DNA of 26,875 nt from Patescibacteria group bacterium. Its GTDB lineage: Bacteria; Patescibacteriota; Minisyncoccia; Minisyncoccales; UBA10102. The notes under the pieces were generated by a model, which saw only the letters and a list, made by a program, of their open reading frames with translations, was not told where the DNA came from and made no database searches. Positions 26,719-26,875 of the stretch are shown one piece after another; within the stretch, counting starts at the first letter, position 1; every line of letters begins with the position of its first letter. The stretch lies in NCBI GenBank assembly GCA_018816925.1, contig JAHIUP010000043.1, forward strand, positions 1 through 26,875, read 5' to 3'. The translations under genes and the position numbers were made by a program.

Positions 26719-26747
26719 TTGCCTTCTCTTTGACTCTGCAGTATAAT
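26719..26747 (+). promoter_or_regulatory. sigma70-type promoter of uvrA
   Basis: TTGCCT, 17-nt spacer, TATAAT; the ATG is 9 nt downstream. Confidence 0.6.
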
Positions 26748-26756
26748 AGTACCTCT

Positions 26757-26875
26757 ATGAAGGGGAATGTAATCAAGATTCGCGGAGCTCGGGTCCACAA
26801 CCTCAAGAATCTAGATGTGGATATTCCTAAAAACAAGCTCGTGGCAATTACGGGGCTTTCCGGTTCCGGGAAAAG
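26757..26875 (+). CDS. uvrA: Excinuclease ABC subunit A, N-terminal fragment (runs off the window)
   Basis: Manual translation [39 protein letters not shown], the canonical UvrA start with Walker A. Confidence 0.95.
   Translation, partial: MKGNVIKIRGARVHNLKNLDVDIPKNKLVAITGLSGSGK

Overview
Chromosomal core-gene region of a bacterium that most resembles a CPR/Patescibacteria (Parcubacteria-like) lineage; the taxonomy is inferred from compact RNAP subunits, gene order and accessory gene types, and standard code 11 is used. Left end: four cell-surface genes carrying cohesin- and dockerin-like modules. Middle: rpoB-rpoC, then ftsK-recA, with a LAGLIDADG intein in the RecA Walker A motif. On the minus strand follow rpsF-ssb-rpsR, an orphan wHTH/PaaX-Cas2-like gene flanked by two palindromes sharing a 12-bp core, trpS, rnj, tRNA-Leu(CAG), an orphan family-5 solute-binding protein with an inserted peptidoglycan-binding domain, secG, a 4-TM holin-family protein and a short uvrC. 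A phosphomannomutase gene and the start of uvrA lie on the plus strand. The most unusual signals are the anchor/adaptor/cargo cohesin-dockerin set, the palindrome-bounded Cas2-like cassette, the P-loop intein, several palindrome-dense spacers, a candidate structured RNA leader of rnj, and a recurring leaderless promoter layout.
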